Assembly: GCA_024137785.1 (NCBI GenBank)
Contig: JAHRHZ010000091.1
Location: 6,667,826 to 6,731,825, forward strand
DNA: 64,000 nucleotides
Direction of reading: 5' to 3'
From: Ginglymostoma cirratum
Taxonomy: Eukaryota
Shown here: piece by piece, positions 35,537 through 47,414 of the stretch
Layout: the number at the start of each line of letters is the position of its first letter
Numbering within the stretch: position 1 is the first letter of the stretch
Notes under the pieces: generated by a model
What the model was told of the DNA's origin: nothing
Database searches by the model: none
Seen by the model: the letters and a program-made list of their open reading frames with translations, nothing else
Program-made: the position numbers and the translations under genes

Positions 35537-37419
35537 TAGTTGTGGCTTCCGAAGAATGTGGGTGAAATTTTGTATGAAATGAGTCAAAAGTCATGGGTTT
35601 CAAATGAATGGCGATACAGATTTCTCAAAATGCCTAACCTTCTGTTTGGCTTAAGTGAAAGACCGTATTGGAAACCAGTTATTTTAGATTTGGGCTAAAT
35701 ATACAGCTGTGTAGCAATGCATAATTGGCAGACCAATGCTGCTTGCTGCACATCTGTCAAGGTCATTGGATGACCCACAAAGCAATTCTCTATCTGAACA
35801 TTTGTTGCATAGAAAGCAGAGCAGCTTTATATAATTCACTTGAGCATCTGGGTCACTTTGAAAATACTCCTTTTACACCAGCTTCAAATTATACTGAAAA
35901 CTTCATAGCTTAGTATGCTGCAGGACTGTCTGTTGGCAGGATCTGTCATTATTTGACTTGCATGGCATGAGACATCAAGTTAGAATCATAACTTTCACAG
36001 TGTTACAACTACTGATACCTTTTTAAAACAAAAAGGCAGAATAACAGCACCTGAATGCAAAGGTATAAAAACGTGACATTAACTACAGAGGGGATATTAT
36101 GTAGGACTAGTATTTTCACTGCTTCCAATTGAGAGTTAGAACCTAATATGTTATTAAGACAGTCTATTGTTAGAAACCTGACATTTTAATAAAATTTAGT
36201 TTTCTTCTGGATTTGTTTCTCATAAATAATTGATATACTTGAAGCTTTGCTAGTCAAATCCTGCTGGAGTTTGGATATGAAAATGTATTTTGAAATTCAT
36301 ATTAACTATAATTAGTCATTAATAATATCCACATAACACACAAGATCAATTAGTAACTCATTTTAATAAACTAGAATTAATTGTGTTGTCTGCTCTGAGT
36401 AGTGAGTTGCTTCTTGAAAGCTAAGGTTCAGAGGAGGAAGAAAAGCCCAAACAGGCAGCAGCTGAAACTTATCAGGTAGCAAAAATGGATTGTGTATTGT
36501 ACTGTGGAACTGAGGGGATATGTGGGTGAGACTGGTTTCAGATCTCCTTCAGGTCACCCTTCTCATCTACAGTAGGCACTTTCCTAATGTTGCTCTCCCA
36601 ACTTTTTTTAAATAGAACTTTGGGGACAAGAATAGATCATTTAGTTCCACAAAGCGTCTTAATGTTCTATTTGATCGTTAATAGTTTCAATTAGCTCAGT
36701 TGGCTGGTTAACAATGCAGTGACACCACAGCATAGTTTCAGTTCCCAAACTAGCTGAGGCATGATGACTCTCAGGATGAACTCACCATCAATCATGTCTC
36801 CCTAATGAAACAGCACCTTAGGGTCCTACGGAACTTTAATTCCATGGCTTAGTGTTCTTCAACTCAATCTGCTTATTGCTCCAAACCATACAATACACTT
36901 GAATGACAAACTTATCTGAGCTCATTTTTCTTTATTTTCAATTGACTCAGCAACTTTGAGCCATTAATAAGAGTTCCAGATTTTCACTGTGCTTTGTGAA
37001 AATGTTTCCAGACTTCAGTCTTGAATGACCTACCTCTGATTTGAAGTTCTAGATTGTTGATGGTTTCCATGCATCTCTGCTATTGAATGTCTTTATCTTT
37101 TTGATCATAAGTCAATCACTGTCAACTGTCTAATCAAGTGAATACAAGTAAAGTTTATGTTCATATTTCATAATTTAACTCTTGAAATTCTATATTTTGG
37201 GGACTATCCCTCCAATGCTGACATATATTTCCCTGAAAATGTTCGGTGGAAAGATGTACTAAGTTCTTGATTTTCACCAAAGCTAGCGCACATTTCCATT
37301 AACACTGGATGGGTATATAGTTTGTACTTCTTTGGTTTTAATGCTACGATTTTATGACGTCTTGATGAATTTTCAAACTAACTAATGAATTCCATTTCCA
37401 TTTCGTTTCAAAGAAAGCT

Positions 37420-37806
37420 TTGCATTTATATAATGCTTTTTGTTGAAAGTACTCCATATAAATGAGAGACATTTTGAGGTGTAGCATTGTTGTAAAGTTA
37501 GAAACATGACAGTCCATTTGCGTTTAATAAACTCCTTCACACAGTAATGTGATAGTGATCATAATATGTTTGTGTTGAGTAATAAATTTTAGCAAGGACA
37601 TGGACACTTCCTTTAATCTAGGTAGTGTCTTGGGGGATGTTTAATGTCTAAAAGAGCAGTCAGGTGGGGCCTTGGTTTCATGTCTCATTCAAAAAACTGG
37701 GTTCCCAACAGTGCAGTACTTCAGTACTTATGCATACTGGATTGGGACTTGAATCTGGAGCCTTGTCATTCAGAGGTGAGTGTTTTATCCACTGAGCCCT
37801 GGCTGA
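37420..37806 (-). mobile_element. Degenerate DeuSINE/SacSINE1-like SINE
   Basis: Reverse tail ttgcatttatataatgcttt.. and reverse tRNA head tgggacttgaatc..cagaggtgagtg..ccactgagcc. Confidence 0.65.
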
Positions 37807-38153
37807 TATCAAGGTTTTTGAAATATTCTTCACTTTTGTTCTGTATAAAGTAGCTGATTTGTTGCTATTTTCAAGAAAATGAATGAACATTCTGCCACAG
37901 TATCTTGCGTCTTCGATTCAAAAGTATGTTCTAAGTGATTACGTCAACAATCTGCTTCTTTGAAGATCTGAAATGTTTAATTTGAAAATAAAAATTGTTT
38001 ATGATGGTGTGCTGTACTTCAGTTCTTTGGTTTGTTTGTGTAACTGCAGATTTGTGCATTACTCAGCTTGTTGTACAATATTGATTTTTTTTATAGTGGT
38101 TTGTTTTTGATGTTGCAAAGTGAAATGTGACTTTTTTTGCTGTTTCCTTTCAG

Positions 38154-38340
38154 TGTGTTGTTGGTGGGTGTACTGCCAGCTTTGCATCACAAGGTGGCCT
38201 TGCTCGTCATGTACCTACACACTTCAGCCAACAGAACTCCGCAAAAGTCACTAGTCAGCCGAAGGTTAAGGAGGAGTCACCTTCTAAAGCTGTTATGAAC
38301 AAACGAAGAAGGCTAAAGAATAAACGACGGCGTTCACTAC
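38154..38340 (+). CDS. AEBP2: AEBP2 coding exon 4 (zinc finger 3 and KR-rich basic motif)
   Basis: Acceptor tttcctttcag|. Translates [62 protein letters not shown]. Donor C|gtaagt; 187 nt, phase 1. Confidence 0.97.
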
Positions 38341-41030
38341 GTAAGTTCTCATATTTCTGATTGTTACACTGACTTATCTGCAACCAGTGTTTCTAGCTCT
38401 GGCTTCTATTGGTTTAAAATAAGCAATATGCTACTGTGTCCTTGGATCAACAGTTGATATTTAGTTCATCTCATCTCTGGAATGTACTCGACTTAATTAG
38501 CTTCAGCTTTATTTGTGTTCAGGGTGATGGTTTTTATTTCGCTGGTGGCTATGCACGATTGGTCCCAGTTACTTTTGGATGTAGCATTGCTTGTAATTGA
38601 CTTTTTTTCTTTAAAAAAAAAATGTTGTAAATGGGTACTTCAGTACCATTTAAGACAGATAAAGCAAAGATTATTTAGCGCGGATAAGAGTGATGTTGGC
38701 CTGACAATTTCACTTTCCCTCTTGTCAACCCCAGTCTCCTTATTAAATATTAGTAAATACCCAAAGGGTTATTGATGCCCTTTCGGAAATTGAATTTCAA
38801 CTTTTACGTACTTTAGCCTGTGTACAGTTGAAAACTTGCTTCATGTGGTTTACTCTTAATGCCTTCCTTCTGAAGTGTCCTGTGCAGGCACTCAAATGGA
38901 CAAACACAAGAATATCTCAGCTGTCAAGATGGTTTTAACATTGTCTTCATTTGCCCAGTGAAGTGGTGAGACGTTTGGTTAGCTCAGTAATCTGAACACA
39001 TGATTGTAGTTCATTCTAATTCCAAACAGATATTTGACTATGGGCTTAACACTCTTTCCTGAGACAGATTTTAAGGCATTGAACAAAATTCTGCCAGTAG
39101 AATACAATAATTGTTAGTCAACATGAAACCTGATTGGATTAAAAATGACCTATTTACTTTCAGTGGGCTTCAGGAGGTTGTTGGGCAAAGGCTGCCTGTT
39201 ATGAACATATCCAGGGATCCACAAATGTATTATTGCGGATGAGCTTCCTAGCAACCACGCCACTTTTTTCAACAGTCACAGTGCCCTTTTGTTGTGATTT
39301 CAATGTCTAGCAGCACAGCTGGGCACTTCGACAGTTCCTGTGAAAATGTAAATGAGTTAAGTTGTTAACATGGCCCTTAGTTGAGTGGTTGAAGTGCAAG
39401 GTTTGGAGTTCGAAGGTGGTGGGGATAGATGTGTGGTGGTTAGGCCTTTGATGTTTATGGGTCTGGGAGCAATGTCGTTTGGAGGGACAGCTTACTATTG
39501 TTACTGATGACTTAAAATAGGTGTTTAAGCTCCTAACTTCACTTAAGTACCTATTAATCTTTGAGTCACATCTTCTGAATTCTGTGCCGTTGGGCTGTCT
39601 TGGAGGCTTTCAGATGCAGGGGAAACGCCCACTGGGAAATTCAATTTTCTGTGCAATTCCCATGAAGCCGACTGTTTCGGGGATTCTGTATGAAACCGAC
39701 ATGTACCTCAATGTACGTTGCTGCAATAACTCACTGACCATTGGAATATCTGCGACTATGTAACCACATGTCAAATATTCAAAGCACAGAGATGCCATTT
39801 AGTGGATGATACTTTCACAAAGCTTGAATGATTACCACTTAACTTCACTATGGTTTAATTGTCTTCCTCGATTGAAACATTGGCTCACAGGGTTACTACT
39901 ATTAAGCTTTATAGAGCGGCATGTTTGCATAAATAAGAGTGAAGTGCTATTTGTTTTGTTCTTTCATGATATACGAACAGGGAAGAGTTTATCTGAAGGT
40001 TTGGCAATGACTCCAGCATTAGTTGCTCCAAGGTGAGGCTGAGCACCAAAACTCAGTGGTTCAGGCTGCTTTGTCATGGTAAGCAGAAGGAGTTTTGCTA
40101 TTAATCAAGATCATTTTGATGAGCAAATAATTGAGAGGCATGATTCATGCATGTGTACCGATCAGGACTCTTTGCCTCTGTCATCCCTACTGCTTAGTGG
40201 AAGTGCTCTGTTCTGAGATCACAATAACAAATGTGTGAAATAGGAGTAAAATGTAGGTGGGCATTACTGTAGGCAGTTTGTCACTGTCTGATACGTACCA
40301 ATAATTTGACTTTGCAGCCTAAACTGAGCATGAAAAAAAGCAGTGCACAAAATGTTTTACTGTAGTTGAATCACCAGATTGATTGTCCCTCAAGAGAGCA
40401 CAACCAGTGTTCACTGACATAACGTATGTAATATTTGTAGTATCAACAAGAGGACTACTTTAATCTGAACCATTTACAGTGCAATAAAATTTCTGTCCTT
40501 TTATTGAAGTAACCATTTAGAATTTGAAAACAGCTTTAATTTCTGATGTACATGAATGACTTTGAGAAGGGTTTCCATATTTCTACTGGTTTTCGTGGTT
40601 GCAGAAACTTTACTTTTGGAAGACAAGATATAATCTACAACCCAGCCCATACTGGTTATTTCTTTGTAATTGCAACACCTTTACAATCAAACACCTGTTG
40701 GTGACAGATGGAGCAGAGATACGTTACAGGTAGTGTAACAGATGAATTGTACTGTGGTCAGGACTGTAAGAAAAGCAAGCTATCATGTTTGGCCAGTGTC
40801 AGTGACACTTAAGTTTATGTAGCTGTCAGAAATTGGGGTAGAGTTACTTTGCAGCCAAGTGCTATTTTTGGATGCTATGTATAAAAGTAAATTTGTTCAG
40901 TTCCAACTATATTTGGAACTGAGGAAACCTTTTTTTATGAGGAAGAATTGAATATGCTTTCTGAATCTTTGAGACCTGCTTTAGATCCTCTGTCATATTG
41001 TATGTAGCATAAGATGAAACCTCAGACACC

Positions 41031-41207
41031 CAATGATTTTGCATCTGGCTACACACTAGGTAACCTGTCATGTTGTAAAGCTTTATAGTTTAAGCACTTT
41101 TTATCCTTTCAGCCAACTTGAAATGGTGTGTTTAATGTTTACCACCAGAATTTGTTTGCCTTTAATACTAAGCGTGTTTTGCCTAAAATATGTAAGTGTA
41201 ATTTCAG
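41031..41207 (+). repeat. Copy 1 of a ~170-bp diverged direct repeat flanking exon 5
   Basis: Colinear with 42341-42510: caatg.ttttgcatc, taggtaacctgtcatgt.gtaaagcttt, taagcacttt, tttaatgtt, tgttttgcctaaaat.tgt. Confidence 0.85.
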
Positions 41208-41404
41208 TTGAAATTCTGACTGACTGATAATGGTACCAAAATTAAAAAACTTTTACTGTTTTTGCATTTTATCTTGAGAGCAGATTTTATTTAGTTGTTT
41301 TTTGATCTATCCTCTCGTAACCCACTTTCAAAAATAATGGTAATTCAAGTGAAGTTAAACCCACTGGTGAACTGCCCCTTTGATATCTTTCTCTTATTTT
41401 GCAG

Positions 41405-41529
41405 CAAGACCGCATGACTTCTTTGATGCACAAACAATGGATGCAATACGACATCGGGCCATCTGCTTTAACCTGTCGACACGTATTGAAAGCCATGGAA
41501 ATGGGCATAGTGTTGTGTTCCATAGCACA
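41405..41529 (+). CDS. AEBP2: AEBP2 coding exon 5
   Basis: Acceptor ctcttattttgcag|. Translates (P)[41 protein letters not shown]. Donor ACA|gtgagt; 125 nt. Confidence 0.97.
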
Positions 41530-42091
41530 GTGAGTAAAACTTTCCCAGTGGTCTGCTGTTCTACCTGCAGTACTGTTAACTTTCAAGCGTGAAAATAAGT
41601 CTTAGTATCATAATATCTTTTCAACTCAATATACTGGAAACTGTAAATATTGACTGGAAATACATAGGATAAAAGATTGAGACAGATCTGTCTGTCAGGT
41701 GAGAACATACATAGCTCATTTCTTGCTAGATTAAATGTGCAGCGACTTTAAGTATGCTGTCAAGACAACCACATCTGGAGCAGTATCACATTTTACTCTG
41801 GCCATATTCCCCTGTTTGCATATTCTGGCATTGATTTGTACCAGTTGATGATTGGATGCTTTGTACAAAAAAGGTCTTCTGCAGTGACTGTTTTGAATCA
41901 ACTGGATAAGCATATGAAATTATTAATTAATGTTGAGTTTGTTGATGACTGCTATGTTGAGACCAGTTGGGATTCTATTTTGGCTTTCGTACCTTGGACT
42001 AGCATGCAGTAAAATCAACTACCAAAGATTACTGCACACAGATATAATCTTGAACTTACTAAAATCCCAAAACAGGTTGTCTGTGCATGTA

Positions 42092-42305
42092 AGATAACAA
42101 ACGTGGGGCTGGATGAACACAGCAGGTCAAGCAGCATCATAGGAGCAGGAAAACTTGACGTTTCGGACCTAGACGCTTATTTCTGATGAAGGGTCTCGGC
42201 CTGAAACGTCAAATTTTCCTGCTCCTATGATGCTGCTTGACCTGCTGTGTTCATCCAGCCCCACGCTTGTTATCTCGGATTCTCCAGCATCTGCAGTACC
42301 TTTTA
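42092..42305. mobile_element. Fold-back PLE-related element (family A)
   Basis: Near-perfect ~85-bp inverted repeat (42092-42177 against 42190-42275) plus an unpaired tail to 42305. 14-bp TSD tgtctgtg(c/t)atgta at 42078-42091 and 42306-42319. Confidence 0.92.
42179..42214 (+). ncRNA. Putative minimal type I hammerhead ribozyme, sense to AEBP2
   Basis: AUUU-CUGAUGA-A-GGGU(CUCG)GCCU-GAAA-C-GUC-AAAU: both conserved boxes, GUC triplet, weak 4-bp stems I and II. Activity untested. Confidence 0.55.
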
Positions 42306-42340
42306 TGTCTGTGTATGTACTTGTGTTTCATGTAGAGACT

Positions 42341-42510
42341 CAATGGTTTTGCATCCAGATACGTTAGGTAACCTGTCATGTCGTAAAGCTTTTGTGTAAG
42401 CACTTTCCACCCTTTCAATCAATTTGAGATGACGTATTTAATGTTAACCACTCAGCTTTATTTGCTGTTATATTGTGCATGTTTTGCCTAAAATCTGTGA
42501 AATGTATCAG
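42341..42510 (+). repeat. Copy 2 of the ~170-bp direct repeat flanking exon 5
   Basis: See 41031-41207. Confidence 0.85.
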
Positions 42511-42511
42511 G

Positions 42512-43112
42512 ATTTTGACCCAGCGACAATGAAGGAATAGTGATATTTCAGAGTCATTTGGTGAGTGAGCTTCATGGTGGTGGTGTTCCCATATGTCTGC
42601 TGCCCTTGTCCTTCTCGATTGAAATGGTCGTGGGTTTGAAAGGTGCTGTCTGCAGATCTTTAAATTTCTGCAGTGCATCTTGTAGATAATAGTACACATT
42701 GCTGCGACAGAGTGTTGGTGGTGGAGGGCGTGGATGCTTGTTGATGCAGTGCCAGTCGAGCAGGCTGCTTTGTCCTGGATGGTGTCAAGCTTTTTGTGTT
42801 GTTGATGCTGGATCCATCCAGGCAAGTGGGAAGTATTCCATCACTCTCCTGACTTGTGCCTTGTAGATGGTGGACAGGCTTTGGAGAATCAAGAGTGATT
42901 TACTCGCCGCAGTATTCCTATCCTTTGACCCGCTCTTGTAGCCACTGCATTTATGTGGTGAGTCCAGTTGAGTTTCTGATCAATGGTAACTCCCAGGATG
43001 TTGACAGTAGGGGATTCAGTCATGGTCACACCATTGAATGTGATGGGGTACTGGTTAGATTGTCTCTTATTGATGATGGTCAAAGCCTGGCATTTGTGTG
43101 TTGCGAATGTTA
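42512..43112 (-). mobile_element. CR1/L2-group LINE RT 3' fragment
   Basis: ORFs: QVTFATHKCQALTIINKRQSNQYPITFNGVTMTESPTVNILGVTIDQKLNWTHHINAVATRAGQRIGILRRV and KKLDTIQDKAAC..SIHALHHQHSVAAMCTIIYKMHCRN. Confidence 0.88.
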
Positions 43113-44077
43113 CTTGGTTGATACATGCCATAATCTACAGTACATATCAATTCCCATGTTAGTTTCTGTATATGCACATTGGGTAAGGATTGGATTATAG
43201 TATGATTGCCTCAGTTCAAAGAATCATCAGAAGCTCCTGTTGAGAATTATGTGCAGTTCCATTTGAGCAAAGCAATATAGCTGCACTTGCCACTGTGTAC
43301 CTAGGTGAAGGAATAGGGAAACATTGGTCAATAAGCAAAATCCAGCTGGATAGGAAACTTGCACAATGCAGGGTAGTTTGCATTTTTCAATGTCAAATCA
43401 GGGTGTTCAGTTTAGCTAACTCCTGCGATTGTGCAGAAGTTTGTTAGTCCTCTGAATGAGATGACCTTGTCTGTCTTGTTCAGGTAGCATAGCTATGTGC
43501 AAACAATATTAAACTTGTTTCTACTAGCTGAACTTGTGATGCTTCATAAAAATCAAAAATGCAGCACAAGGCTTGGTTTGGAAAAAGGCTAAATGCCTGA
43601 GCGAAGTATAGACAGGAAGCAACCACAAAACAAGTTAAATTTCTTGAGCGGTTTCTGAGTTAACTCAGATTCCATTACTTGGAGGCATGGTGTCCTGACG
43701 CCCCTCAAGGCTAATACCCGTGTAACTTCCAGATGGTTTAAACAGCTGTCTTCTGTCATCCATTCCACAGTCTTTGAGAAGATCAATAAGCTTGACTGGT
43801 AGAGGACTGGAGGGTGCCATTTTTTGTATGAGGTATTATACCAGGGCCTAGTCAAGGTGCTCAGTGGACACTTAAAAATCTCTGGTACTATTTCAACTAA
43901 GGGCCAGAATTTAACCCTCAAATGTATATTGCGTAGGGCTTTGTGGGCATGATCAAATTGCTGCTGGGAATTTGTGCTCAATTGGCTGCTATATTTCTTG
44001 CATTTTGATAGGTACTACTTTTGAAAAGTGATTTATACAAATTTCCCAAAAGCACTACATAAATGCATACCTGTCTT

Positions 44078-44405
44078 TTAGAATTTAGAATCCCTACAGT
44101 GTGGAAACAGGACCTTCGGCCCAACAAGTCCACACCGAACCTCTCAGCATCCCACCCGGACCCCCCCCCCCCAACAACCCACCTAACCTACACCTCCGTG
44201 AACACTACGGGCAATTTAGCATGGCCAATCCACCTAACCTGCACATCTTTGGACTGTGGGAGGAAACCGGAGCACTCGGAGGAAACCCACGCAGACACTG
44301 GGACAACGTGCAAACTCCACACAGACAGACGCCCGAGGCTGGAATCAAACCCGGGTCCCTGGCGCTGTGAGGCAGCAGTGCTAACCACTGAGCCACCGTG
44401 CCGCC
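44078..44405 (-). mobile_element. Full-length HE1-type V-SINE
   Basis: The - strand has a tRNA head ggcggcacggtggctcagtggttagcactgctgcctcacagcgccagggacccgggtttgattcc, V domain gtctgtgtggagtttgcacg..gtgtctgcgtgggtttcctccgagtgctccggtttcctcccacagtccaaagatgtgcagg, and CR1-type tail ggccgaaggtcctgtttccacactgtagggattcta. Confidence 0.93.
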
Positions 44406-44759
44406 TAATTACATGAAAGTGTTGACCTGGTATGCATTCACCTTGCGCAGTAAAATTCAGAGCACGAACATCCAAGCTACTGCTGAAAGGTTTCACAATA
44501 TACAGTGAAGTCCATCTTTTTCTTTAACTACTGAGGGCCATTAGGAAATTCTGATACTTGAAATGATTCCCATTTTTTGCAAAGTTGATATAGTACATGT
44601 GGATTGGAAGGCAGGGCATTAGAATTTGTTTGTAAAATGATAAGGGGATGTGTGGTCCCTTTAAGGTTTCTTTTAAGGCAGATGCGCAGAGTTCTTGAAA
44701 TTGAAACATTGTATCATAGGCTATACTGTTAGTAGGCAAAGCAAGCAGCATTTTTACCA

Positions 44760-45820
44760 AGACAACAGATTTTTGAATTCAGCCAAATAATTTAAACCAG
44801 GCCCTAGATACCAGAGCCCAGTTATATTTAACTCTGATCATTTTGACAAGCTCAGACCAATTCTATTCTAAGAAATTAATAGGTCATCATGGGTGTAAAA
44901 GAAGAGGCCATTTGAAAATCAGTGTGAGAGTCACCTGTTGTCTACCAAGAGAATAGCTCTCAGCCATAAAACACGACCATTAGCTCTCTCAGAATATCTA
45001 AGTTCTGAGTAAGCACCATCCAAATAAGGGTACTACGGCACTCTTAACTAATATTCCGGACACACGAATTCAACAGAAGAAGGCATTCCTGACAGGAGGA
45101 CAGTAGAGAAGACAAAGAATATTCCAGAACACTCATCCTGGCTGTAATTTTGAGACTAATTTTTATTTTTAAAGTTCAGTTTATTTAAGTGGGATTTGTA
45201 TTTATTGGAACAGCATACCATTAGAATTCTGTTTTATTCAGGAATAGTTAGTGGTTAAGGGGGAATTGTTCAGTTTGTTAGTAGTTCTGCTAATTTGTTA
45301 ATTTAGATAAATAAATTATTACTTATTGATTGTAGAGTGACTGTCAGGAGTTCATTTTATTTCACTTCACCTCTCGTCCATTGTGCTGAAATTTCTAAGA
45401 AGTGACAATGATACTCAGGTTGCCATTTCACTCCTTTATTATGTTACAGGTGAGCTCGGTCTATCGGGCAGGAGATTCCAAGCAGGGGTCCTTCAGAAAT
45501 GCAGACCAGTACTTTAATTCTGGCAGGTCCCTCATAGTGCAGAATAATTGCGGGAGGACAAACCATATACCCCTTTTCAAAGCAGTCTGTTGCCATATTT
45601 GGTGATTTAAGGATCCAGCATCACAAACAGCCAGTTTCACAGGTCCTTTGATAGGGTAATTACACAAGACGAACATGAAGCTATGGTGCCAGGAGGATAG
45701 TGTGATTTGTAAATAAGGTGCCAAAATGCAAGTGTTTGAGTCTGGAAATGGCTCCCGGGTGTAAATGGGGTCAGTTTTGGGACGGCAATGCATGTGGAAC
45801 ATTGGGGCCATCGGGTTATA
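44760..45820. mobile_element. Possible solo LTR or unclassified interspersed repeat
   Basis: Compositionally distinct block with an AT-rich segment and AATAAA (~45309); no coding similarity, termini or TSD identified. Confidence 0.25.
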
Positions 45821-47414
45821 ATTGCTGAGGAGTTAGTGTTTAATGGTCTTCACTTTTCCTGAGTAACTGCTTATCTAACTGCAGCAAAACTCTTTGAATT
45901 GGACAATTTAAAGCATACTTTTGAGAGTTCTAGGTGTAGAGACTTGTCCATCAGAATCTTCAGTTTCCTGGACCATTCCCTCAGACTGCTGCAGAAATGA
46001 TCTTGCCCATCAGAAAATCCATGCAGCTGTGCTATATGTGACTGACTAAATTTTGAAGTCTTTTATTGCAATAAGAAACGCTTTGCCCATCTTTGAAATT
46101 TTGATATAAGCTCTGAACACTGCTTTCACTTGTTCAAAGGCAGCTGAGCATGATTGGCTGTAACTGCCTGTACGTGGACTTCATGATGAGAGTTCAGGGA
46201 TTCTGGAACTATTTTTGAGTGCCAAATTTTGCAGGAGAAGTTATCCTAATTGCCAATAATCTTTAAAAGGCACACATTGTGAGCTTGTGTGAAATGCCAC
46301 CATGATAAATTACAGATGTTCTGGTGGTGGGGTGGATGGTGGTGGTTGAACTATCAAATTAATGTGCCTAATTTCATTTTAATCTTCTGGGGAAGGACTG
46401 AAATGCCTTTGCTTGTATAGAATTTATATGACATTGGTACATCTGTAATTTTATACTCATTTAACAGCACTTCATTTTTAAATGTCAGCTCTCATAATTG
46501 AAGGTAATTTCTTTAATAAAGACAAGTGGTTCCTTCTAAACATCAGACTCTTCAAAAGAAATAGTTTGTATACTGATGTAAATCACTCCTGTGATTTCTT
46601 TATAATATAAAGATGATGTTGCCAACAACATGTATGTAACTTTGTTTTGGGAGTTTTCTTAACTTTCGAAATTGTCTAACCTTGATCCAAATATTTGGCT
46701 GAAGATTATTATCTCTGATATTTGCAAGCAGATAAGAGAATTCTGTACAAGTTTTCTTTAATGAACATGACAAAATTAAACCCAGTCAGTTAAGATTGGT
46801 GTTTCAACCCCAAGTACAGGTTTTATTATGAAGTTTATCAAAGAGGAGCTGGAACAAAGGAACCAGTAGAGGAATGCGCTCGGCAGTTACTTGCAAGCTG
46901 CAAAGGTTTTTCTTTGTTGTTATATGCACCAGCACCTCAGCATAAGTTACTCAAGATGCTAAGTTAGTGAAGAGAATGATATAGCTCCACAGTAAATTGC
47001 CATACCCTTATTTTTATAAGACTGTTTCCACATTTATTATCCTTTCATTTTGGTGGATAGGCTCATGATAGCTTTGATTCCTACAGTTGTTTGGAACACA
47101 AGCCATTGTTTTGACCTAACTGGGGTGTTCTGTATCCAATCAAAGAAATAACTGGGAGCCATCTAGGAGTGACACTTTTTAAGTCTCTATCCCTTCTGTT
47201 CTTAAAAAAAGGACCTGCAGTTGGTGGAAATCAGAAACCTTTTCTTAGCTACAGTCAGTTTTGAAGCAGGCTCACTGGACTCAACATTAACTGTTTTTGT
47301 TCTGTTTATGGATTAACCAGAAGCTCTGCTGTGGGGTCAGGGACCCAATCCATGCTTTATAGATTAGATATTACATGGAGCATGTGTTCTGACAGATGTA
47401 ATTGGGAAGGCTTG

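Noticed and set aside
41031-41207. snoRNA call for the repeat flanking exon 5
   Set aside because: No C/D or H/ACA boxes shared at matching positions in both copies; kept only as an unexplained duplication.
44063-44496. Several 60-117 aa ORFs on both strands
   Set aside because: They lie within the HE1 SINE and are repeat-derived spurious ORFs.
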